64,000 bases of DNA from an uncultured bacterium (GCA_963822585.1 CAWGIE010000010.1:32001-96000); one strand, 5' to 3'; positions 48,289 through 58,371 are shown, counted from the stretch's first letter. Notes: a model not told the origin generated them from the sequence alone. Translations and numbers: made by a program.

Positions 48289-50946
48289 CTAATGAGTGAG
48301 CGGATCGGATTTGTCCGCGTCTATGTTATATTTTTTTATCGCCTCGCTCACGCGTGCCGCGTCGATTATCCCCTGGTCCCGAAGCGAACTCAGGGCCGCC
48401 ACGACAACGTGGTATCGGTCGATCTCGAAGAACCCCCGCAGTTTTTCACGCGTGTCGCTCCGCCCGAAACCGTCGGTGCCGAGAATGGTGTACGGCATCG
48501 GCACCAGCCGGCGGATCAGCTCGGGATAAGCCCGCAGATAATCCGTGGCGATGACCGCGGGCCCCTTCCTTTCCTGAAGGAGAGAAGTGAGATACGGCGT
48601 TTTTTGTTTTTCGCCCGGGTGCAGCCTGTTGAACCGCTCGCATTCGATCCCGTCGCGGTTGAGCTGATTGATGCCGGGAACGCTCCAGATGTCTGCGCTC
48701 ACGCCGAAGTCATTCGCCAGCAGTTCGGCCGCGGCGATGACCTCGTTAAGGATCGCGCCGCTTCCCATGAGCTGCACTTTATGGCCTTCGGCCATTCCCT
48801 CCCGGAGAAGATACATCCCCTTCAGAATGCCCTCGGTGACGCCTTCGGGCAGTGCGGGCTGGGGGTATTTCTCGTTCATTAACGTGAGATAATAGAAAAT
48901 ATCCTCCTGGTCGTGAAACATGCGCCGCAGTCCGTCCTGGATAATCACGACCATTTCATATGTAAATGTCGGGTCGTAGGTCCGGCAGTTCGGTATGACC
49001 GCGGCCAGCAGGTGACTGTGGCCGTCCTGATGCTGTAGTCCTTCCCCGTTCAATGTCGTCCGCCCGGAAGTCGCCCCGAGCAGAAACCCGCGGGCCCGGA
49101 CATCGCCGGCGGCCCAGGCCAAATCGCCGGTGCGCTGGAATCCGAACATGGAATAGAAGGTATAAAAGGGAACCATATTGATATTGTAGTTGGAATAAGC
49201 CGTGCCCGCCGCGATCCAGGAGGCGAGGGCCCCGGTTTCGGTGATTCCCTCTTCGAGGATTTGACCCTTGGCGTCCTCCCGGTACCACATGATCGACTCC
49301 CGGTCTTCGGGTTCATAGAGCTGTCCAACCGGGGAGTAGATGCCGAGCTGGCGGAAGAGGCCTTCCATCCCGAAGGTGCGGGCCTCGTCGGGCACGATCG
49401 GGACGATGTGTTTGCCGATCTTTTCGTCCCGGCAGAGAGCGCTGAGCAGCCGGACAAACCCCATGGTCGTGGATACGGTGCGATCGTCGGAACCGCCGAG
49501 CAGGGATGTGAACGTATCCAGGGGGGGAATGTCCAGGGGCGCGGCTTTTTTCCGCCGGCCGGGCAGATACCCCCCCAGTTTCTTTCGCTGTTCGTGGATA
49601 AAACGGTATTCCTCGCTCCCCTCCGGGGGGCGGATAAAGGGTAACTCCTCGAGCTGGTCGTCCTTGAGGGGGACGTGGAACCGGTCCCGGAACTCCTTGA
49701 GTGCGGCCGCGTCCATCTTTTTCTGATTATGGGCGATATTGGCGGACTCGCCGGATTCGCCCATGCCGAAACCCTTTGTCGTCTTGGCGATGATAACGGT
49801 GGGCGAACCCGTGTGCCGGCAGGCGGCGGCAAAGGCGGCGTAGACCTTGCGCGGGTCATGCCCTCCCCGCGACAACTGGCGGATGTCCCGGTCGCTGAAA
49901 TCCTTGACCAGTTCCTTGAGGAAGGGGTCGGTATTGAATATCTTTTCGCGGATATAGTCCCCGCCTTTGGACCCGAGGTTCTGGAAATCGCCGTCGACCA
50001 TGTTTTCCAGCTTTTCCCGGAGGATGCCCTTGGTGTCCCGGGCCAGGATCTTGTCCCATTCCGTTCCCCAGATGACCTTGATGACGTTCCACCCGGCGCC
50101 CCGGAAAGCGCTTTCCAGTTCCTGGACGATCTTGCCGTTCCCCCGGACGGGCCCGTCGAGACGCTGGAGGTTGCAATTGATGACGAAGATAAGGTTGTCG
50201 AGGTTCTCCCGCGCGGCGATGGAGAGGACTCCCCTCGATTCGGGCTCGTCGGTTTCCCCGTCGCCGAGAAATGCCCATACCCGGCGGCCTTCCATCGGGG
50301 CGAGCCCGCGGGCGGCCATATATTTCATGAAACGGGCCTGGTAGACCGCCATGGCTGGGCCGAGCCCCATGGATACGGTCGGGAATTGCCAGAAATCGGG
50401 CATCAGCCACGGGTGAGGATAAGAGGAAAGACCCTTGCCGTCGGTCTCGCGCCGGAAGTTGAGCAGATCCTCTGCTTCGAGCCGGCCCTCCACAAAGGCG
50501 CGCGCGTACATTCCCGGTGAGGAGTGGCCCTGAAAATAGACGAGGTCGCCGCCGTTTTGGGATTGCGGTCCGCGGAAGAAGTAGTCGTACCCCACTTCGT
50601 AAAGGACCGCGGCGGAGGCGTAGGTGGCGATGTGGCCGCCGATACCGGGATAATCCCGGTTGGCCCTGTCGACCATGGCCATGGCGTTCCAGCGGACATA
50701 GGCGGCCACGTTCCGCGCGACCTCGGTATTGCCCGGCATTTTATCCGATTCTTCAGGGGGTATCGTATTGACATAAGGCGTATTGAATTCGAAGGGCAGG
50801 CTGATCCCCTTTCGCGCGGCGTATTCCGAAAGTCTGCGGATAAGGTACTTGGCCTTTTCCGCCCCTTCCGCTTCGAGGACTCCTTCCAGGGCCTCGATCC
50901 ATTCCCCCGTCTCTCCAGGATCCTGATCCTTAAAATCGTATGTCAT
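48289..50946 (-). CDS. aceE: Pyruvate dehydrogenase E1, homodimeric type
   Basis: QFPTVSMGLGP, LGDGETDEPES, NCNLQRLDGPVRGNGKI, TLNGEGLQHQDGHS. Confidence 0.97.
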   Translation of the reverse strand: MTYDFKDQDPGETGEWIEALEGVLEAEGAEKAKYLIRRLSEYAARKGISLPFEFNTPYVNTIPPEESDKMPGNTEVARNVAAYVRWNAMAMVDRANRDYPGIGGHIATYASAAVLYEVGYDYFFRGPQSQNGGDLVYFQGHSSPGMYARAFVEGRLEAEDLLNFRRETDGKGLSSYPHPWLMPDFWQFPTVSMGLGPAMAVYQARFMKYMAARGLAPMEGRRVWAFLGDGETDEPESRGVLSIAARENLDNLIFVINCNLQRLDGPVRGNGKIVQELESAFRGAGWNVIKVIWGTEWDKILARDTKGILREKLENMVDGDFQNLGSKGGDYIREKIFNTDPFLKELVKDFSDRDIRQLSRGGHDPRKVYAAFAAACRHTGSPTVIIAKTTKGFGMGESGESANIAHNQKKMDAAALKEFRDRFHVPLKDDQLEELPFIRPPEGSEEYRFIHEQRKKLGGYLPGRRKKAAPLDIPPLDTFTSLLGGSDDRTVSTTMGFVRLLSALCRDEKIGKHIVPIVPDEARTFGMEGLFRQLGIYSPVGQLYEPEDRESIMWYREDAKGQILEEGITETGALASWIAAGTAYSNYNINMVPFYTFYSMFGFQRTGDLAWAAGDVRARGFLLGATSGRTTLNGEGLQHQDGHSHLLAAVIPNCRTYDPTFTYEMVVIIQDGLRRMFHDQEDIFYYLTLMNEKYPQPALPEGVTEGILKGMYLLREGMAEGHKVQLMGSGAILNEVIAAAELLANDFGVSADIWSVPGINQLNRDGIECERFNRLHPGEKQKTPYLTSLLQERKGPAVIATDYLRAYPELIRRLVPMPYTILGTDGFGRSDTREKLRGFFEIDRYHVVVAALSSLRDQGIIDAARVSEAIKKYNIDADKSDPLTH

Positions 50947-51487
50947 TATGCTACCTCATCCGGAGTCACTGTGCCGAACTGCAGTACCGGATAATGAACC
51001 CCGCGATTCAACCGTGTTAGTGTTCGCACTATAGTATCCGACCCTGAACGGAGCGTCAAAAGAAATGAACCGTTGCTGGGTTTCCGCGAGACACCGCCGG
51101 CCTCCGGGGTTTCTTCTCGTTTATTGGGCACTTTATCGGTGCGGTGGCTTGAGAACAATGGCCTCTTTCTCCTCATTATCGACTTTTTTCTACCTGCCGA
51201 AAATCTTCCCGCTCTTTCCCCGAAAAATCTTCTTTCCGGGGGAGAGCCGGTTTCGCTGGTAACCATATGGTTACTGTAACCCCCTCCCTTATACTTTTAT
51301 ACCGTTGCCCCATAACAAAAACAAAACCCTCTCCCCCCGGACGGGGGGAGAGGGCAGGGTGAGGGGGGATAGTCTCGTAGTGCAGGACTTTAGTCCTGCC
51401 AGATATCGGCAAAGCTGATACATGTTCAAATTCGATTATCGCTTCAAGGAGATCTCCGTTGACCCCTCTTTTCTCGATTCCCGTTTC

Positions 51488-51560
51488 CCCGCGCCCGCAG
51501 GCTCTCTCCGCGGAGGCGGCTTCGCCGCCGAACGCTCGTTCGCTCCGCGGCCGCGTCCGC
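51488..51560 (+). repeat. Island repeat R1 (~77-bp structured direct repeat)
   Basis: cccgcgcccgcaggctctctccgcggaggcggcttcgccgccgaacgctcgttcgctccgcggccgcgtccgc. Confidence 0.95.
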
Positions 51561-51794
51561 TTTTTAGTTTCTTTTACTTTCTCACTTTCACGCGCCTGTC
51601 CGCCTCTGGAGGAAAAGCGAGAAAGTGAAATTGGGAATTGGAAAAATTGCGCCAGGTCCTTAACGGATAGGTTCCTGGATCGTGGGATTTGCTTTCATTC
51701 TTAGTTTGGGTTTGATAGAATAACTTCCAGGACAAAGAATTTGCACATTCTTGTCCAATCGACCGGCTGCCGAGGGGGCCGGCAAGGAGATTTG

Positions 51795-52859
51795 ATGACA
51801 GAAGTCCGCTTTCAACCCAAGTTCACCATTACCAATGCCATCACGGCCGCGCTGACGCGGATCGAGCGAGCCCGGGGCTTCTTGGAAGCCGCGGCGCTCT
51901 CCGAGGACTGGGTGCGCGCTATGGGGGCGCGGGCGCTCGTTCTGGAAGCGCATCACACTACCCACATCGAAGGCACGCGTCTTAGCTTGGAACAGTCAGA
52001 ACGTCTATGGGCCGGGATGCGGGTCCCGGATGTCGATCCTGAGGATGCGCGAGAACTCCTGAACTACCGAAAAGCCTTCGAGCTGGTCTCCGAATATCTC
52101 GAAAGCGGAGGCTCTGTGACCGAGGCCCTGATCCGCGAGATTCATAAGCGACTTGTGGCCGGGGTCCGAGGGGAGAGCGCTACTCCCGGAAAGTATCGCA
52201 AAATTCAGAATTATGTGGTCAACTCCGCTACCGGGCAGATCGTCTATACTCCACCTCCGGCGGCCCAGGTGCCCGGGCTTATGAAGGCCCTGACGGCCTG
52301 GATCAACCACCCTGGCGAAGTCCATCCCGTCTTGGTAAGCGGCCTCGCCCAGTTCCAATTCGTCCACATCCACCCATTCCTGGACGGCAACGGGCGCGCC
52401 TCACGGCTTCTCTCGACGCTTTGCCTTTACCGGGCCGGATACGACTTCAAACGACTCTTCACCATCAGCGAGTACTACGACCGTGATCGCGCCGCGTTTT
52501 ACCGGGCCATCCAGGGGGTTCGGGACCGGGGGATGGATATCACGGGATGGCTGGAGTATTTTGTCGAGGGGCTGGTCACTCAGATGCGGGAAGTGACTGA
52601 CCGCGGAAAGAGGGCGATGAAAGCCGACCTGATCGCCCAGCGAAGCGGATTAAACGCCCGCCAGGCCAAGGCACTCGGCCACGTCTTGGAACACGGCAGT
52701 CTGACCATCCAGGATTTTGAGGTCCTCTGCCCAAAGGTTAATCGTCGGACGCTCCAGCGGGATCTTAAGACGCTGCTGGAGAAGGGACTGCTTTCCGAAC
52801 GGGGGGCGGGACCGACGGACCCCACTCGCCGTTATGTTCCGGGAAATGCTCTGGAATGA
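51795..52859 (+). CDS. Fic family protein with C-terminal wHTH
   Basis: [38 protein letters not shown]. Confidence 0.93.
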   Translation: MTEVRFQPKFTITNAITAALTRIERARGFLEAAALSEDWVRAMGARALVLEAHHTTHIEGTRLSLEQSERLWAGMRVPDVDPEDARELLNYRKAFELVSEYLESGGSVTEALIREIHKRLVAGVRGESATPGKYRKIQNYVVNSATGQIVYTPPPAAQVPGLMKALTAWINHPGEVHPVLVSGLAQFQFVHIHPFLDGNGRASRLLSTLCLYRAGYDFKRLFTISEYYDRDRAAFYRAIQGVRDRGMDITGWLEYFVEGLVTQMREVTDRGKRAMKADLIAQRSGLNARQAKALGHVLEHGSLTIQDFEVLCPKVNRRTLQRDLKTLLEKGLLSERGAGPTDPTRRYVPGNALE

Positions 52860-53478
52860 GAAAGAGCTGTGACAAGCTGTGACAGGCTACTGTGACGAGC
52901 TATGACACGGCGCTTCGACAGAGTATTACGCTTTATCTCAAAGCTTTTTGCTGTGCCAACCGGCTTATCTACAAATTCAGGGAGTTCCGGAAGAGCAAGA
53001 GATAAACTTGCGACAAACTCGCGACATAACTTGCGACAGGCTTGCGCCGGGACTCACGACAACTTTCGATGTCCGTCTGCGCGTCATCCCGGCTCCGCCC
53101 TTGAAACTCACCCCGGATCATGAAAGGGCAGGGGGCCTCTATAGGCTCCTGACCTTCTTCCCTTGGCTTGAACAGCATAAACCTTACATTTAGTGTAAGG
53201 TTTATGCGTTGACCCCACCCCCCACCAGAGGGAATGCCTGGAGCTTTACTATCTCCGGGGCCTGAGCCAGAAGAAGAGGATCGCCGAGCTCCTCCGGATC
53301 CACCAGACGACCGTTTCTCAGCATATCCGGTATGCCTTAGAGAAACTCCGTCGGGTCTGCAAAATCCTATTAAGAGAAAAAGTCATCGAACTAACAGACT
53401 TTACGGAGTAAAATATCTATACCACAAGACAACTCAGTTCAATGGTTAATCCTGCAACGATTTGGAGGGCATTTTCTT

Positions 53479-54153
53479 ATGAACCATGAAATCTCAAAAG
53501 CATGTAATCAAACAGACGCTATTCTTTGGAATGCGTATGCCCGAAGTAACCAAGGTGCTTGCTCAACTCATTTATTCTTTCCACAATATCGGAGTAAGGG
53601 GCTGCGTGTCAGTGAGCAGGAGAGTAGATTTGCTTTTGTTGAGGCACTTTCTAAAAGCTCGCTGCTGTACTCTGTCGAAGCGCCGACCAGCAAGACTTAT
53701 CGATTTAGTGGCGATAGCGAGAAAAAGCAATCTGCTCAAACAGACTTGGCCGTATACAACCTTAAAGGAGAATATATTTGTAGAGTTGAGTTCAAATCAC
53801 AAGGGTACAGCCTTAACAGAAAAAATACTTCCGATATTTACAAGGACATACAGAAGCTATTGCGCGAGCCAGTCTGGGGGTTATGGTTTCATCTTCTGCG
53901 TAGTGTATACAATCCGACCATCAATAAGCTTTTTGATGTAATGACCAATAAGATTCAAGAAGTTAGAAGTGAATTTAAAGATATCGATACAGAAGGACTA
54001 ACAATCCATGTGTGTGTTTTGAGGCATGGGTTCTCGTTGCAAAGAGATATACCCCTTGATGGTAGAGCAAATCTTTCTGTTGACCTTAAAGTGTCACGAT
54101 CAGAATTGCTCAGTATTGATAATTTAAATGGATGGTCTCTTAACAGGCGATGA
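53479..54153 (+). CDS. Hypothetical protein, PD-(D/E)XK nuclease-like
   Basis: AT-rich ORF; SEQE...VEAPT...QTDL...VEFK spacing. Confidence 0.65.
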   Translation: MNHEISKACNQTDAILWNAYARSNQGACSTHLFFPQYRSKGLRVSEQESRFAFVEALSKSSLLYSVEAPTSKTYRFSGDSEKKQSAQTDLAVYNLKGEYICRVEFKSQGYSLNRKNTSDIYKDIQKLLREPVWGLWFHLLRSVYNPTINKLFDVMTNKIQEVRSEFKDIDTEGLTIHVCVLRHGFSLQRDIPLDGRANLSVDLKVSRSELLSIDNLNGWSLNRR

Positions 54154-54190
54154 TTATCCGCCAGCTCCTGTCCAAAGCCTTAATCGTTTC

Positions 54191-54268
54191 CGCTCCCGCG
54201 CCCGCAGGCTCTCTCCGCGGAGGCGGCTTTGCCGCCTAACGCTCGTTCGCTCTGCGACCGCGGTCGCT
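54191..54268 (+). repeat. Island repeat R2
   Basis: cgctcccgcgcccgcaggctctctccgcggaggcggctttgccgcctaacgctcgttcgctctgcgaccgc. Confidence 0.95.
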
Positions 54269-54343
54269 TAGATTCACCATGAGAAATAATGCCTTTAAAA
54301 AACTCCGCCAGGTTCTCGGTGCCTACGATTCAGGGAGCTAAAG

Positions 54344-54410
54344 TTGACTTGCACATGCAATATTTTATTGCAACTACAATATTGACTTGCGCGTGCAATC
54401 GAAGTATATT
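54344..54410 (+). promoter_or_regulatory. Promoter with duplicated operator-like boxes
   Basis: ttgacttgcacatgcaat (54344) and ttgacttgcgcgtgcaat (54382); the second TTGACT is 17 nt from TATATT. Confidence 0.6.
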
Positions 54411-54449
54411 AGTATCGAAGCTGGAAAACCAAGATAAGAGAGAACCAAG

Positions 54450-55496
54450 ATGAGAAAAAATGAAAATAGGTTTGGCTCCTACCGACCGGATTGGGAAATG
54501 GATGGAGTCCTGATCGAAGTTAAAATGCGGCTCCAGGCTGTTCGCGGTGTCCGGGAGAGTCTTCTGCAATTGGCTTATGTATTGGCCGAACAGCCGGACA
54601 AGCGCGCGTTCCTCCTGCTGATCAATCCCCGCATAACCGAATCACGCCTTCGGGATGAGTGGGAAAAAACCCGGATGACGTTCCGGCCGGATATCGTTAA
54701 CCGCCTGAGTATAGTTGTCTCCAGAGAGGACCGCTTCATCGGTATTCCGGAAGATCCGGATCCCGAATATATCAATTTTCTGGAGCAGGCCAGTAAAAAG
54801 GAGCTGTTCCGTTTAGGAACTCCGCTGCCCGCTCCCGACTATGGTGCCGAGATTCTCAAGATCCTGGTGTACCAGTGGCTCATGAAGCGCGGATCGATGA
54901 CCTCCGTCTGGCTTTCTGAAACGACCGGCTGCAACTATCGAACGGTGGCCAAGGCATTGAAGGGTCTGGGTCGCGTGATTCTCTGGCATTCCGATAAGAG
55001 CGTTGAACTTCGCTATTTTCCGAAAGACGCCTGGATTCGAATGCTCGCAATGCTGGATAAATCACGCTCGACTATAAGGTATGCCGATCGCTCCGGTCAG
55101 CCTCGCTCTATTGAATCACTGTTGCGAAGACTGAAAAAAGTAAAAATGCCAGAGATTGCCGTCGGCGGGACTCTTGGAGCCAGGCATTACTATCCGGAAC
55201 TCGATCTGGTCGGTACTCCCCGGCTTGATCTTTCGATTCACTGCACCGGCAAACACGCGGATCTTGACTTTATCGAAAACCTGGACCCCGCCTTAAAACA
55301 GGAAAACGATCCGGACGTACCAGCCAATCTGGTCCTCCACTTCATCCGCCGGGAAAATCCCTTCTTTGAAAAGGGTTCCGAAGGCATTGTCTGGGCCGAC
55401 CCGGTTGAGTGCATTCTCGATCTTCAAGAAATTAGGCTGGAACCCCAGGCTCTTGAACTTCTCAATGCTCTCAAACCCAAGGATGAAGTCAGGTGA
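54450..55496 (+). CDS. Hypothetical protein, possibly AbiEi-like (nuclease-like N-terminus, wHTH, C-terminal domain)
   Basis: PDWEMDGVLIEVK; WLSETTGCNYRTVAKAL; VGGTLGA...RLDL; WADPVECILDL. Confidence 0.6.
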   Translation: MRKNENRFGSYRPDWEMDGVLIEVKMRLQAVRGVRESLLQLAYVLAEQPDKRAFLLLINPRITESRLRDEWEKTRMTFRPDIVNRLSIVVSREDRFIGIPEDPDPEYINFLEQASKKELFRLGTPLPAPDYGAEILKILVYQWLMKRGSMTSVWLSETTGCNYRTVAKALKGLGRVILWHSDKSVELRYFPKDAWIRMLAMLDKSRSTIRYADRSGQPRSIESLLRRLKKVKMPEIAVGGTLGARHYYPELDLVGTPRLDLSIHCTGKHADLDFIENLDPALKQENDPDVPANLVLHFIRRENPFFEKGSEGIVWADPVECILDLQEIRLEPQALELLNALKPKDEVR

Positions 55497-55505
55497 AAAA
55501 GTGGC

Positions 55506-55534
55506 TTGACTTATTCGCAATTCGCGAATAGCGT
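55506..55534 (+). promoter_or_regulatory. Promoter with palindromic operator in the spacer; possibly leaderless mRNA
   Basis: TTGACT-17 nt-TAGCGT; near-palindrome tattcgcaattcgcgaata; ATG 6 nt downstream of the -10. Confidence 0.55.
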
Positions 55535-55540
55535 ATCTCT

Positions 55541-56068
55541 ATGAATATGAAACCACAAGACGTTCTCGTCACCCTAAAACTGTTAGCCTCGGGATGGCCC
55601 GGGAGCTATGCTGCGATGGGTATGCAGATAGGCCTAAGTGCTTCGGAGACCCATGCGGCATTTCGGCGTGCGCGCCAGGCTGGACTGATTCATCCGAAGG
55701 ATAATGTTCCCAACAAGTCGGCCGTGGCCGAGTTCCTTTTGCACGGCCTCAAGTACACGTTCCCGGGCCACCCGGGCCCACGGACACGGGGTATGCCCAC
55801 AATCCATGCGGCGCCGCCGCTATCCGAAGAATTTCGTTTATCGTCATCGTCCGATGAGGACATACCCGTCTGGCCTGATCCGGAAGGCAATCAGCGCGGT
55901 TATGAGTTCAAGCCCTTATGCAGATCTGTGCCGCTGGCAGCCCGCAATGATGCCAGACTCTACGAATGGCTGGTACTCGCGGACGCGTTGCGCGGCGGAC
56001 GCGCCCGAGAACGGGAAATCGCGTCGGCAATTGTCCGAAAACGTCTTCAAGATGAAATCCGTAATTAA
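55541..56068 (+). CDS. wHTH-containing protein, putative antitoxin
   Basis: MKPQDVLVTLKL...IGLSASETHAA; overlaps the downstream nucleotidyltransferase gene. Confidence 0.7.
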   Translation: MNMKPQDVLVTLKLLASGWPGSYAAMGMQIGLSASETHAAFRRARQAGLIHPKDNVPNKSAVAEFLLHGLKYTFPGHPGPRTRGMPTIHAAPPLSEEFRLSSSSDEDIPVWPDPEGNQRGYEFKPLCRSVPLAARNDARLYEWLVLADALRGGRAREREIASAIVRKRLQDEIRN

Positions 56069-56756
56069 CATCGATGACCTCGAAACGGTGGCATTGCGGT
56101 TAGATATGCTCCGGGAGAAATGTGTATTCACGGGTGGAGCGATAATCGGATTACTATTGGATCACCCCGGTCTGGTTAGTGGCCGCCCTACAAAAGATGT
56201 GGATGTCATCGTTGAGGTCCGGACGCGCATTCAATACGATGACCTTGAGGAAAGACTGCGCCGGCTTGGATTCAAGCATGATATGTCCGAGGGCGCGCCG
56301 AAATGTCGCTGGTTAGTTGATGGCATCCGCGTGGACATAATGCCGGTGACCGATCAGACCGGTGGGCTTAGCGACAAATGGTTCGAGCTTGCAGTCCGAA
56401 CGGCGAAGAAATCGCGAGCCGGCAAAACTGAGATATGGATAGTGACCGCTCCATGTCTGATTGCGACCAAACTGGAAGCCTTCAAAGATCGCGGCAACGG
56501 CGATTTCATGGGCAGTCACGATATGGAGGATATTCTTACCGTCATAGATGGTCGTGAAGCGCTGGTTGAGGAAATCACTGCATCGCCGGCCGACATCAGA
56601 CAATTCATTGCGGACACAATAGCCGAGCTTTTGACAGATTCCGATTTCCGGGATAGTTTGCCCGGCCATCTGCCGCCGGACGATGCGAGTCAGCAGCGAT
56701 TACCTATTGTTCTTCGCCGACTGCAAGCAATCGCAGTGCTTTCAAACAGACATTGA
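56052..56756 (+). CDS. Nucleotidyltransferase, AbiEii-like putative toxin
   Basis: FTGGA, RPTKDVD, KLEAF..R, HDMEDI; start at MKSVIN. Confidence 0.75.
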   Translation: MKSVINIDDLETVALRLDMLREKCVFTGGAIIGLLLDHPGLVSGRPTKDVDVIVEVRTRIQYDDLEERLRRLGFKHDMSEGAPKCRWLVDGIRVDIMPVTDQTGGLSDKWFELAVRTAKKSRAGKTEIWIVTAPCLIATKLEAFKDRGNGDFMGSHDMEDILTVIDGREALVEEITASPADIRQFIADTIAELLTDSDFRDSLPGHLPPDDASQQRLPIVLRRLQAIAVLSNRH

Positions 56757-56820
56757 ATAAAAGCAAACCGTTCGCTCGCCGCCCGCAAAAGAGAGGATTT
56801 AGTAAACAAAAGCCTCAAGT

Positions 56821-57452
56821 TTGAGTGTTAAATCAGATAAATTATCCTGGAAGGGGAGGGTGGTTTCGGTTCAGCCGAGGATCCGGTTGATCGGGTCGTT
56901 CGATCAGCGCAATCATAATTACATGGGCTACGCGCTCCGGATCGCGGGAACGATCGGAGGCGAGGACCGGGATTTACGATCGGGATGGGAAGGCAGCCCA
57001 GGCCAAACATCAGTTCCGGGCGGGCGATGTTGTCAGCGGGGAGTCCCTCCCTGTCATGGATGACCGCCGGGAGGCGGTCGAGTTCTAGAAGACCAGCAAG
57101 CTCCGCCTGGTCGAGCGGGCCGGCGACGATTACAACGAAACCCCTCCCTGGCTGGGGACCCCGCCGACACTTGAAGCTACCGGGCCCGAGGCCACCGACG
57201 CCTGGCCGCCCGGACTTATAGCATTAGTTGCTCAACCTGTCTTGGGGTTGTCGGATGCCGGTGGAGATGATCATCGACCACTGGAATCCTTCCCGGAAGC
57301 AATTCGCTTTCAGACGTTCTGTTATGGGCCGAAGTCCTGCTCTCTCTATAAACCCGGCCCCAACCGCCGAATTTGGTTCCAAAGGGGATGGTTGGGAGGA
57401 AGAAGACTGGGTTGACGAGCAGGCCACCGAGACACCGTTCCCGGATAAATAA
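56821..57452 (+). pseudogene. Disrupted hypothetical gene (frameshifts plus in-frame TAG at 57086)
   Basis: Protein-like pieces VQPRIRLIGSFDQR, ...VEF*KTSKL..., WGCRMPVEMIIDHWNP and EEDWVDE lie in different frames. Confidence 0.7.
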
Positions 57453-57466
57453 TCCCTAAATTCCTT

Positions 57467-58079
57467 CGCTCCCGCAGCCGCAGGCCCTCTCCGCGGAGGC
57501 GGCTTCGCCGCCGAACGCTCGTTCGCTCTGCGGCCGCGTCCGTTTTTGGTTTCTTTAACTTTCTCGCTTTCGCGCGAAAGCGAGAAAGTGAAATCGAGTA
57601 GGGGAATTCAGGGTCTTCCCGAATAGAGGATATCGGGCATTGATTGGCCAAATTATGTCTGTTGTAAAACGTCGGTAGATATTGACAACTACCGACGTTT
57701 TGCAACATAGGATGAATAGTCCCTAAATCCCGTCGCTCCCGCACCCGCAGGCTCTCTCCGCGGAGGCGGCTTCGCCGCCGAACGCTCGTTCGCTCTGCGG
57801 CCGCGTCCGCTTTTTAGTTTCTTTCACTTTCTCGCTTTCGCGCGAAAGCGAGAAAGTGAAATCGAGTAGGGGAATTCAGGGTCTTCCCCGAATAGAGGAT
57901 ATCGGGCATTGATTGGCCAAATTATGTCTGTTGTAAAACGTCGGTAGATATTGACAACTACCGACGTTTTGCAACATAGGATGAATAGTCCCTAAATCCC
58001 GTCGCTCCCGCACCCGCAGGCTCTCTCCGCGGAGGCGGCTTCGCCGCCGAACGCTCATTCGCTCTGCGGCCGCGTCCGC
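57467..58079 (+). repeat. Island repeats R3 (57467-57542), R4 (57734-57810), R5 (58003-58079) with two near-identical ~190-bp spacers
   Basis: Periods of 267 and 269 bp; spacers contain two long hairpins. Confidence 0.95.
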
Positions 58080-58159
58080 TCTCAGTTTTCCCTTGTGATA
58101 AATGACTTAAGAATTTAAAATAATTCCGGTCGGGGAACAAAACCGTCTAGTCAATAGCC

Positions 58160-58318
58160 ATGGCTAAACATCCTAGATCATTAATCTGTGAAAAATGCGG
58201 CGGGCGCCTGAAGTGGGAAAGATTCGAAAAAAACGGCGAACGCTTCAGGAAATACTACTGTTCGAAGTGCGGTTTTAAGACCGTTTATCAGCGGACGGAT
58301 GATTACGGTTACAGATAA
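58160..58318 (+). CDS. 52-aa zinc-ribbon mini-protein (not in supplied ORF track)
   Basis: MAKHPRSLICEKCGGRLKWERFEKNGERFRKYYCSKCGFKTVYQRTDDYGYR; two CxxCG motifs. Confidence 0.65.
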   Translation: MAKHPRSLICEKCGGRLKWERFEKNGERFRKYYCSKCGFKTVYQRTDDYGYR

Positions 58319-58371
58319 GCGTTTCGTTCCGCTTCTCCCCTCACATCAGTTCCTCCGGGTCCAGTTCCTGT

